Shown here: in pieces, positions 40,915-53,535 of the stretch
Numbering within the stretch: position 1 is the stretch's first letter
Layout of the letters: each line of letters starts with the position of its first letter
Assembly (NCBI RefSeq): GCF_009914755.1
Contig: NC_060933.1
Reading direction: 5' to 3' (one strand)
Origin: the human T2T-CHM13v2.0 reference genome, Homo sapiens
DNA: 64,000 nucleotides
Made by a program: the position numbers and the translations under genes
Notes under the pieces: model-generated
Told to the model about the DNA's origin: nothing
The model's database searches: none
The model's input: only the letters and a program-made list of their open reading frames with translations

Positions 40915-43563
40915 ATTCCATTCCATTCCATTCTATTCGGGTTAATTCCAATCCATTCCATTCGATTGCAATCGAGTTGATTCCATTCCATTCCATTCCA
41001 TTCCATTCCTTTCCGTTCCATTACAATCGAGTTGATTCCTTTCCATTCAATTCCATTCCATTCCATTGCATTCCAGTCCTTTCCATTCCATTCCACTCGG
41101 GTTGATTCCATTCTATTAGTTTCCATTCCATTCCATTCCCTTCCATTCCACTCTGGTTGATTCCATTTCTTTCCATTCCACTCGAATACATTCCCTCCTA
41201 TTCCACTCGGAACGATTCCATTCCATTCTATTCCATTCCATTCCATTCCATTCCATTCCATTCCATTCCATTCCAGTTCGTTCCATTCCATTCTATTCCG
41301 AACCATTCCATTCCATTCCATTCCTTTCCATTCCATTCCTTTCCACTCGTGTTGATTCCATTCCTTTCCATTCCATTCGGTTTGAAGGCATTCCATTCCA
41401 TTCAATTCCATTCAATTCCATTCAATTACATTCCATTCTATTCCATTCCATTGCAATCGAGTTGAATCCATTGCCTTTCATTCCATTCCATTCCATTCCA
41501 TTCCATTCCGGAAGATTCCATTCCATTACATTCCATTCCATTCCATTCCCCTGCACTCGCGTTGATTCCATTCCATTCCATTCCATTCCATTCCGTTCCG
41601 TTCCATTCCATTCCATTCCATTCCATTCCATTCCGTTCCGTTCCATTCCATCCCATTCCATTCTATTCGGGTTAATTCCATTCCATTCCATTCGATTGCC
41701 ATCGAGTTGATTCCATTCCATTCCATTCCATTCCATTTCATTCCATTCCTTTCCATTCCATTACGGATGACTCCATTCCATTGCTTTCCATTCCATTCCA
41801 TTCCCCTGTACTCGGGTTGATTCCATTCCATTCCATTCCACTCCATTCGGTTCCGTTGCATTCCATTCTATTGCATTCCATTCTATTCGGGTTAATTCCA
41901 TTCCATTCTATTCCATTCCATTCCATTCCATTGCAATGGAGTTGATTCCATTCCATTCCATTCCATTCCGGATGATTCCATTCCATTGCATTCCATTCCA
42001 TTCCATTCCCCTGCACTCGTGTTGATTCCATTCCCTTCCATTCCATTCCATTCCGTTCCATTCCATTCCATTCCATTCTATTCCGGTTAATTCCATTCCA
42101 TTCCATTCCATTCCATTCCATTCCATTCCATTGCAATCGAGTTGATTCCATTCCATTCCTTTCCATTCCATTCCATTGCCTTGCATTCCACTCGTGTTGA
42201 TTCCATTCCCTTCTTTCCACTCCATTACATTCCCTTCCATGATTGATTCCATTCTATTCCATTCCAATTCATTCCATTGCAATCCATTCCAATACATTCC
42301 ATTGCATTCCTTTCCACACGAGTTGACTTCATTCCATTCCTTTCCATTCTTTTCCATTCCTTTCCACTCGAGTTGATTCCATTCCATTCCAATCCATTGC
42401 ATTCCATTCCATGCCATTCCACTCGGGTTGATTCCATTCCTTTGCATTCCATTCCATTCCATTCCATTCCATTCCATTCCATTCCTTTGCATTCCATTCC
42501 ATTACATTCGGATTGATTCTATTCAACTCCCTTACTCTCCATTACATTCCATTCCATTCGGGTTGTTCCATTCCATTCCATTCCATTAAACTCCATTCCA
42601 TTGCACTCGGGTTGATTCCATTCCATTCCATTCCATTCCATTCCATTCCATTCCGGATGATTCCATTCCATTGCATTCCGTTCCATTACATTCCCCTGCA
42701 CTCGCGTTGATTCCATTCCATTCCATTCCTTTCCATTCAATTCCATTCCATTACAATTCGTTCCATTCCATTCTATTCCGTACCATTCCATTCCATTGCA
42801 TACCACTCCATTCCATTCCATTCCATTCCATTCCATTCCGTTCCATTCCGTTCCATTCCATTCCATTCCATTCTATTCGGGTTAATCCCATTCCATTCCA
42901 TTCTATTCCATTCCATTGCAATCGAGTTGAATCCACTGCATTTCATTCCATTCCATTCCATTCCATTCCGGAAGATTCCATTCCAATGCATTCCATTCCA
43001 TGCCATTCCCCTGCACTCGCGTTGATTCAACTCGGGTTGATTTCATTCCATTGCATTCCATTCCATTCCATTCCATTCCATTCCATTCCATTCCGTTCCA
43101 TTCCATTCCATTACATTCGGATTGATTCTATTCAATTCCCTTACACTCCATTACATTCCATTCAATTCTGGTAGTTTCCATTCCATTCCATTCCATTCCT
43201 CTCCATTCCATTGCACTCGGGTTGATTCCATTCCATTGCATTCCATTCCATTCCATTCCATTCCACTCCGTTCCATTCCATTCCATTACATTCGGATTGA
43301 CTCTATTCAACTCCCTTACTCTCCATTACATTCCATTCCACTCGGCTTGTTCCATTCCATTCCATTCCATTCCATTCCACTCCATTCCATTGCACTCGGG
43401 TTTATTCCATTCCATTCCATTCCATTCCATTCCATTCCGGATGATTCCTTTCCATTGCATTCCATTCCATTCCATTCCCCTCCACTCGCGTTGATTCCAT
43501 TCCATTCCATTCCATTCCATTCCATTCCATTCCATTCCATTCCTTTCCATTCCATTCCATTCC

Positions 43564-43613
43564 GTTCCGTTCCGTTCCGTTCCGTTCCGTTCCGTTCCGT
43601 TCCGTTCCGTTCC
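43564..43613 (-). repeat. (GGAAC)10 secondary microsatellite (GTTCC on +)
   Basis: Ten consecutive GTTCC units; paralogous to the 8-unit run at 40875. Confidence 0.9.
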
Positions 43614-46600
43614 ATTCCTTTCCATTCCATTCTATTCGGGTTAATTCCAATCCATTCCATTCGATTGCAATCGAGTTGATTCCATTCCATTCCATTCCAT
43701 TCCATTCCTTTCCATTCCATTACGGATGATTCCATTCCATTGCATTCCATTCCATTCCATTCCCCTGTACTCGGGTTGATTCCATTCCATTCCATTCCAA
43801 TCCATGCCATTCCACTCGTGTTGATACCATTCTTTCCATTCCATTCAAGTTGAATCCATTCCATTGCATTCCCTTCCATTCCATTCCCCTGCAGTCGGGT
43901 TGATTCCATTCCATTCCATTGCATTCCATTCCATTCCGTTCCGTTCCGTTCCATTCCATTCCATTCCATTCTATTCGGGTTAATTCCATTCCATTCCATT
44001 CCATTCCATTCCATTCCATTCCATTCCAATCGAGTTGATTCCATTCCATTCCATTCCATTCCATTCCACTCCATTCCAGTCCTTTCCATTCCATTCCACT
44101 CGGGTTGATTCCAATGTATTCCTTTCCATTCCATTCCATTCCATTCCGGAAGATTCCATTCCATTGCATTCCATTCCATTCCATTCCCCTGCACTCGTGT
44201 TGATTCCATTCCATTCCATTCCATTCCATTCCATTCCAATCCATTCCATTCCATTCCGTTCCGTTCCATTCCATTCCATTCCATTCTATTCGGGTTAATT
44301 CCATTCCATTCCATTCGATTGCAATCGAGTTGATTCCATTCCATTCTATTCCATTCCATTCCATTCCATTACGGATGATTCCATTCCATTGCATTCCATT
44401 CCATTCCATTCCCCTGTACTCGGGTTGATTCCATTCCATTCCATTCCAATCCATGCCATTCCACTCGTGTTGATTCCATTCTTTCCATTCCATTCAAGTT
44501 GAATCCATTCCATTGCATTCCATTCCATTCCATTACCCTGCAGTCGGGTTGATTCCATTCCATTCCCTTCCATTCCATTCCATTCCGTTCCGTTCCATTC
44601 CATTCCATTCCATTCTATTCGGGTTAATTCCATTCCATTCCATTCCATTCCATTCCATTCCAATCGAGTTGATTCCATTCCATTCCATTCCATTCCATTC
44701 CACTCCATTCCAGTCCTTTCCATTCCATTCCACTCGCGTTGATTCCAATGTATTCCTTTCCATTCCATTCCATTCCATTGCAATCGAGTTGATTCCATTG
44801 CTTTGCATTCAATTCCTTTCCATTCCATTCCGGGTGATTCCATTCCATTGCATTCCATTCCATTCCATTCCCCTGCACTCGGGTTGATTGCATTCCATTC
44901 CACTCCATTCCGTTCCATTCCATTCCATTCCATTGTATTCGGGTTAATTCCACTCCATTGCATTCCATTCCATTCCATTCCATTCCATTCCATTACAATC
45001 GAGTTGATTCCATTCCATTCCATTCCATTCCAGTCCTTTCCATTCCATTCCACTCGGGTTGATTCCATTCTATTAGTTTCCATTCCATTCCATTCCCTTC
45101 CATTCCACTCTGGTTGATACCATTCCTTTCCATTCCACTCGAACACATTCTCTCCTATTCCACTCGGAACGATTCCATTCCATTCCATTCCATTCCATTC
45201 CATTCCATTCCATTCCATTCCTTTCCATTCCATTGTACTCGGGTTGATTCAATTCCATTGCATTCCATTCCATTCCATTCCATTCCATTCAGTTGCATTC
45301 CATTCCATTACATTCGGATTGATTCTATTCAACTCCCTTACTCTCCATTACATTCCACTCCATTCGGGTTGTTCCATTCCATTCCATTCCATTCCACTCC
45401 ATTCCATTGCACTCGGGGTGATTCCATTCCATTCCATTCCATTCCATTCCATTCCATTCCATTCCATTCCATTCTGGATGATTCCATTCCATTGCATTCC
45501 GTTCCATTACATTCCCCTGCACTCGCGTTGATTCCATTCCATTCCATTCAATTCCATTCCATTACAATTCGTTCCATTCCATTCTATTCCGTACCATTCC
45601 ATTCCATTCCATACCATTCCATTCCATTCCATTCCATTCCATTCCGTTCCATTCCGTTCCATTCCATTCCATTGCATTCTATTCGGATTAATTCCATTCC
45701 ATTCCATTCCATTCCATTCTATTCCATTCCATTGCAATCGAGTTGAATCCATTGCATTTCATTCCATTCCATTCCATTCCATTCCATTCCGGAAGATTCC
45801 ATTCCATTGCATTCCATTCCATTCCATTCCCCTGCACTCGCGTTGATTCCATTCCATTCCATTCCATTCCATTCCATTCCGTTCCGTTCCATTCTATTCC
45901 ATTCCATTCCATTCCATTCCGTTCCATTCCATTCCATTCCATTCTATTCGGGTTAATTCCATTCCATTCCATTCGATTGCAATCGAGTTGATTCCATTCC
46001 ATTCCATTCCATTCAATTCCATTCCATTCCATTCCTTTCGATTCCATTACGGATGATTCCATTCCATTGCATTCCATTCCATTCCATTCACCTGTACTCG
46101 GGTTGATTCCATTCCATTCCATTCCAATCCATGCCATTCCACTCGTGTTGATTCCATTCTTTCCATTCCATTCAAGTTGAATCCATTCCATTGCATTCCA
46201 TTCCATTCGATTCCATTCGATTGCACTCGGGTTGATTCCATTCCATTGCATTCCATTCCATTCCATTCCATTCCATTCCATTCCATTCCATTCCGTTCCA
46301 TTCCATTCCATTACATTCGGATTGATTCTATTCAATTCCCTTACACTCCATTACTTTCCATTCCATTAGGGTAGTTTCCATTCCATTCCATTCCATTCCT
46401 CTCTATTCCATTGAACTCGGGTTGATTCCATTCCATTGCATTCCATTCCATTCCATTCCATTCCTTTCCGTTCCATTCCATTCCATTCCATTCCATTCCA
46501 TTCCGGAAGATTCCATTCCATTGCATTCCATTCCATTCCATTCCCCTGCACTCGCGTTGATTCCATTCCATTCCATTCTATTACATTCCATTCCCTTCCT

Positions 46601-49600
46601 TTCCGTTCCATTCCATTCCATTCCATTCCATTCCATTCCGTTCCGTTCCATTCGATTCCATTCCATTCCATTCCATTCCATTCCATTCCATTACGGATTA
46701 TTCCATTCCACTGCATTCCATTCCATTCCATTCCCCTGTACTCGGGTTGATTCCATTCCATTCCATTCCAATCCATACCATTCCACTCGTGTTGATTCCA
46801 TTCTTTCCATTCCATTCAAGTTGAATCCATTCCATTGCATTCCATTCCATTCGAATCCATTCGATTGCACTCGGGTTGATTCCATCCCATTGCATTCCAT
46901 TCCATTCCATTCTATTCCGTTCCATTCCATTCCATTACATTCGGATTGATTCTATTCAACTCCCTTACTCTCCATTACATTCCATTCCATTCGAGTTGTT
47001 CCATTCCATTCCATTCCATTCCATTCCACTCCATTCCATTGCACTCGGGTTGATTCCATTCCATTCCATTCCATTCCATTCCATTCCGGAAGATTCCATT
47101 CCATTGAATTCCATTCCATTCCATTACCCTGCACTCGCGTTGATTCCATTCCATTCCATTCTATTACATTCCATTCCCTTCTTTTCCGTTCCATTCCATT
47201 CCATTCCATTCCATTCCATTCCGTTCCGTTCCATTCCATTCCATTCCATTCCATTCTGTTCCGTTCCATTCCATTCCATTCCATTCTATACGGGTTAATT
47301 CCATTCCATTCCATTCGATTGCAATCGAGTTGATTCCATTCCATTCCATTCCATTCCATTCCATTCCATTCCTTTCCATTCCATTCCACACGGGTTGATT
47401 CCATTGTATTGCTTTCCATTCCATTCCATTCCATTTCAATCCATTCCATTGCACTCGGGTTGATTCCATTCCATTCCATTCCATTGCATTCCATTCCATT
47501 CCATTCCGGATGATTCCATTCCATTGCATTCCATTCCATTCCATTCCCCTGCACTCGGGTTGATTCCATTCCATTCCATTCCATTACATTCCGTTCCATT
47601 CCATTCCATTCCATTCGGATTGATTCTATTCAATTCCCATACACTCCATTACATTCCATTCCATTCGGGTAGTTTCCATTCCATTCCATTCCATTCCTCT
47701 CCATTCCATTGCACTCGGGTTGATTCCATTCCATTCCATTCCATTCCATTCCATTCCATTACATTCCATTCCATTCCGTTCCATTGTACTCGGGTTGATT
47801 CCATTCCATTGCATTCCATTCCATTCCATTCCATTCCATTCCATTCCATTGCATTCCATTCCGTTCCATTCCATTACATTCGGATTGATTCTATTCAACT
47901 CCCTTACTCTCCATTACATTCCATCCCATTCGGGTTGTTCCATTCCATTCCATTCCATTCCACTCCATTCCATTGCGCTCGGGTTGATTCCATTCCATTC
48001 CATTCCATTCCATTCCATTCCATTCCATTCCGGATGATTCCATTCCATTGCATTCCGTTCGATTACATTCCCCGGCATTCGGGTTGATTCCATTCCATTC
48101 CATTCCATTCCATTCCATTCCATTCCATTCCATTCCATTCCAATTCTTTCCATTCCATTCTATTCCGTACCATTCCATTCCATTCTATACAATTCCATTC
48201 CATTCCATTCCACTCCGTTCCGTTCCGTTCCGTTCTGTTCCGTTCCATTCCATTCCATTCTATTCGGTTTAATTCCATTCCATTCCATTCCATTGCATTC
48301 CATTCTATTCCATTCCATTGCAATCGAGTTGAATCCAATGCATTCCATTCCATTCTATTCCATTCCATTCCATTCAATTCCATAAGATTCCATTCCATTG
48401 CATTCCATTCCATTCCATTCCATTCCATTCCATTCCATTCCAGTCCATTCCATTGTACTCGGGTTGATTCCATTCCATTGCATTCCGTTCCATTCCATTC
48501 CATTCCATTCCATTCCGTTCCATTCCATTCCATTACATTCGGATTGATTCTTTTCAACTCCCTTACTGTCCACTACATTCCATTCCATTCGGGTTGTTCC
48601 ATTCCATTCCTTTCCTTTCCACTCCATTGCATTGCACTCGGGTTGATTCCATTCCATTCCATTCCATTCCATTCCGGATGATTCCATTCCATTGCATTCC
48701 GTTCCATTACGTTCCCCTGCACTCGGGTTGATTCCATTCCATTCCTTTCCATTCCATTCGATTCCATTCCATTCCCCTGTACTCGCGTTGATTCCATTCC
48801 ATTCCATTCCGTTCCATTCCATTCCATTCCATTCCTTTCCGTTCCATTCCATTCCACTCCATTCCATTCCGTTCCGTTCCATTCCATTCCATTCCATTCT
48901 ATTCGGGTTAATTCCATGCCATTCCATTCGATTGCAATCGAGTTGATTCCATTCCATTCCATTCCATTCCATTCCATTCCAGTCCTTTCCATTCCTTGCC
49001 ATTCCATTACGGATGATTCCATTCCATTGCATTCCATTCCATTCCATTCCCCTGTACTCGGGTTGATTCCATTCCATTCCATTCCAATCCATGCCATTCC
49101 ACTGGTTTTGATTCCATTCTTTCCTTTCCATTCAAGTTGAATCCATTGCATTGCATTCCATTCCATTTGATTCCATTCGATTGCACTCGGGTTGATTCCA
49201 TTCCATTGCATTCCATTCCATTCCATTCCATTCCCTTCCATTCCACTCTGGTTGATTCCATTCCTTTCCATTCCACTTGAATACTTTCCCTCCTATTCCA
49301 CTCGGAACGATTCCATTCCATTCCATTCCATTCCATTCCATTCCATTCCATTCCATTTCGTTCCATTCCATTCTATTCCATATCATTCCATTCCATTCCA
49401 TTCCATTCCATTCCATTCCATTCCATTCCATTGTACTCGGGTTGATTCCATTCCATTGCATTCCATTCCATTCCATTCCATTCCACTCCGTTGCATTCCA
49501 TTCCATTACATTCGGATTGATTCTATTCAACTCCCTTACTCTCAATTATATTCCATTCCATTGGGGTTGTTCCATTCCATTCCATTCCATTCCACTCCAT

Positions 49601-50110
49601 TCCATTGCACTCGGGTTGATTCCATTCCATTCCATTCCATTCCATTCCATTCCGGATGATTCCATTCCATTGCATTCCGTTCCATTACATTCCCCTGCAC
49701 TCGCGTTGATTCCATTCCATTCCATTCCATTCCATTCAATTCCATTCCATTACAATTCGTTCCATTCCATTCTATTCCGTACCATTCCATTCCATTCCAT
49801 ACCATTCCATTCCATTCCGTTCCATTCCATTCCGTTCCATTCCGTTCCATTCCATTCCATTCCATTCTATTCGGATTAATTCCATTCCATTCCATTCCAT
49901 TCCATTCTATTCCATTCCATTGCAATCGAGTTGAATCCATTGCATTTCATTCCATTCCATTCCATTCCTTTCCATTCCGGAAGATTCCATTCCATTACAT
50001 TCCATTCCATTCCATTCCCCTGCACTCGCATTGATTCCATTCCATTCCATTCCATTCCATTCCGTTCCATTCCATTCCATTCCATTCCATTCCATTCCAT
50101 TCCGTTCCGT

Positions 50111-50250
50111 TCCATTCTATTCGGGTTAATTCCATTCCATTTCATTCGATTGCAATCGAGTTGATTCCATTCCATTCCATTCCATTCTATTCGGGTTAAT
50201 TCCATTCCATTTCATTCGATTGCAATCGAGTTTATTCCATTCTATTCCAT
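50111..50250 (-). repeat. 70-bp tandem duplication
   Basis: tccattctattcgggttaattccattccatttcattcgattgcaatcgagtt at 50111 and 50181, sharing the private variant tttcattcgat. Confidence 0.85.
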
Positions 50251-53143
50251 TCCATTCCATTCCATTCCATTCCATTCCTTTCCATTCCATTACGGATGAT
50301 TCTATTCCATTGCATTCCATTCCATTCCATTCCGTTGCATTCCATTCCATTACATTCGGATTGATTCTATTGAACTCCCTTACTCTCCATTACATTCCAT
50401 TCCATTCGGGTTTTTCCATTCCATTCCATTCCATTCCACTCCATTCAATTGCACTCGGGTTGATTCCATTCCATTCCATTCCATTCCATTCCATTCCGGA
50501 TGATTCCATTCCATTGCATTCCATTCCATTCCATTCCCCTGCACTCGCGTTGATTCCATTCCATTCCATTCCATTCCTTTCAATTCCATTCCATTACAAT
50601 TCGTTCCATTCCATTCTATTCCGTACCATTCCATTCCATTCCATACCATTCCATTGCATTCCATTCCATTCCGTTCCATTCCGTTCCATTCCTTTCCATT
50701 CCATTCTATTCGAATTAATTCCATTCAATTCCATTCCATTCCATTCTATTCCATTCCATTGCAATCGAGTTGAATCCATTGCATTTCATTCCATTCCATT
50801 CCATTCCATTCCATTCCGGAAGATTCCATTCCATTGCATTCCATTCCATTCCATTCTCCTGCACTCGCGTTGATTCCATTCCATTCCATTCCATTCCATT
50901 CCATTCCAATCGAGTTGATTCCATTCCATTCCATTCCATTCCATTCCACTCCATTCCAGTCCTTTCCATTCCATTACACTCGGGTTGATTCCATTCTATT
51001 CCTTTCCATTCCATTCCATTCCATTGCAATCGAGTTGATTCCATTGCTTTGCATTCCATTCCATTCCATTCCATTCCGGATGATTCCATTCCATTGCATT
51101 CCATTCCATTCCATTCCCCTGCAATCGTGTTGATTCCATTCCATTCCACTCCATTCCGTTGCATTCCATTCCATTCCATTGTATTCGGGTTAATTCCATT
51201 CCATTCCATTCCATTCCATTCCATTACAATCGAGTTGATTCCATTCCATTCAATTCCATTCCATTCCATTCCATTCCAGTCCTTTCCATTCCATTCCACT
51301 CGGGTTGATTCCATTCTATTAGTTTCCATTCCATTCCATTCCCTTCCATTCCACTCTGGTTGATTCCATTCCTTTCCATTCCACTCGAATACATTCCCTC
51401 CTATTCCACTCGGAACGATTCCTTTCCATTCTATTCCATTCCATTCCATTCCATTCCAGTTCGTTCCATTCCATTCTATTTCGTACCATTCCATTCCATT
51501 CCATTCCTTTCCATTCCATTCCTTTCCACTCGTGTTGATTCCATTCCTTTCCATTCCATTCGGTTTGAAGGCATTCCATTCCATTCAATTCCATTCCATT
51601 CCATTCAATTCTATTCCATTCTATTCCATTCCATTGCAATCGAGTTGAATCCATTGCCTTTCATTCCATTCCATTCCATTCCATTCCATTCCGGAAGCTT
51701 CCATTCCATTCCATTCCATTCCATTCCATTCCATTCCCCTGCACTCGCGTTGATTCCATTGCATTCCATTCCATTCCATTCCGTTCCGTTCCATTCCATT
51801 CCATTCCATTCCATTCCATTCCGTTCCGTTCCATTCCATTCCATTCCATTCTAATCGGGTTAATTCCATTCCATTCCATTCGATTGCCATCGAGTTGATT
51901 CCATTCCATTCCATTCCATTCCATTCCATTCCATTCCATTCCATTCCTTTCCATTCCATTACGGATGACTCCATTCCATTGCTTTCCATTCCATTCCATT
52001 CCCCTGTACTCGGGTTGATTCCATTCCATTCCATTCCACTCCATTCGGTTCCGTTGCATTCCATTCTATTGCATTCCATTCTATTCGGGTTAATTCCATT
52101 CCATTCTATTCCATTCCATTCCATTCCATTCCATTGCAATGGAGTTTATTCCATTCCATTCCATTCCATTCCGGATGATTCCATTCCATTGCATTCCATT
52201 CCATTCCATTCCCCTGCACTCGTGTTGATTCCATTCCCTTCCATTCCATTCCATTCCGTTCCATTCCATTCCATTCCATTCTATTCCGGTTAATTCCATT
52301 CCATTCCATTCCATTCCATTCCATTCCATTGCAATCGAGTTGATTCCATTCCATTCCTTTCCATTCCATTCCATTGCCTTGCATTCCACTCGGGTTGATT
52401 CCATTCCCTTCTTTCCACTCCATTACTTTCCATTCCATTCCACTCGGAATGATTGATTCCATTCCATTCCATTCCATTTCATTCCATTGCAATCCATTCC
52501 AATCCATTCCATTCCATTCTATTCCACTCGAGTTGACTTCATTCCATTCCTTTCCATTCCATTCCATTCCTTTCCACTCGAGTTGATTCCATTACATTCC
52601 AATCCATTGCAATCCATTCCATGCCATTCCACTCGGGTTGATTCCATTCCTTTGCATTCCATTCCATTCCATTCCATTGCATTCCATTCCATTCCATTCC
52701 GTTGCATTCGATTCCATTACATTCGGATTGATTCTATTCAACTCCCTTACTCTCCATTACATTCCATTCCATTCGGGTTGTTCCATTCCATTCCATTCCA
52801 TTCCACTCCATTCCATTGCACTCGGGTTGATTCCATTCCATTCCATTCCATTCCATTCCATTCCGGATGATTCCATTCCATTGCATTCCGTTCCATTACA
52901 TTCCCCTGCACTCGGGTTGATACCATTCCATTCCATTCCATTCCATTCCATTCCATTCCATTCCGGATGATTCCATTCCATTGCATTCCATTCCATTCCA
53001 TTCCCCTGCACTCGGGTTGATTACATTCCATTTCCTTCCCTTCCATTCCTTTCCATTCCATTCCATTCCATTCTATTCGGGTGAATTCCATTCCATTCCA
53101 TTCCATTCCATTCCATTCCATTCCATTCCTTTCCATTCCATTA

Positions 53144-53535
53144 CGGATGATTCCATTCCATTGCATTCCATTCCATTCCATTCCGTTGCATTCCATTCCA
53201 TTACATTCGGATTGATTCTATTCAACTCCCTTACTCTCCATTACATTCCATTCCATTCGGGTTTTTCCATTCCATTCCATTCCATTCCACTCCATTCAAT
53301 TGCACTCGGGTTGATTCCATTCCATTCCATTCCATTCCATTCCATTCCATTCCGGATGATTCCATTCCATTGCATTCCATTCCATTCCATTCCGTTGCAT
53401 TCCATTCCATTACATTCGGATTGATTCTATTCAACTCCCTTACTCTCCATTACATTCCATTCCATTCGGGTTTTTCCATTCCATTCCATTCCATTCCACT
53501 CCATTCAATTGCACTCGGGTTGATTCCATTCCATT
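53144..53535 (-). repeat. 209-bp tandem duplication
   Basis: cggatgattcc at 53144 and 53353, each followed by ccgttgcatt, cgggtttttcc and ccattcaattgcactcggg. Confidence 0.82.

Larger units (their letters stand above)
35831..43717 (-). repeat. Tandem triplication of a ~2.5-2.7-kb unit (35831-38324, 38325-41018, 41019-43717)
   Basis: tattagtttcc at 35926/38420/41114. Variants shared by all three copies: ccaatacattcc, gttaatcccattcc, gaatccactgcatttc, gttgattcaactcgggttg, caattctggtag, gattgactctattc. Confidence 0.88.

Noticed and set aside
971-52594. DUX4-like TAATGGAATCA matches (971, 1501, 2240, 10003, reverse at 52584)
   Set aside because: Only a handful, each one substitution from the background repeat, so expected by chance.
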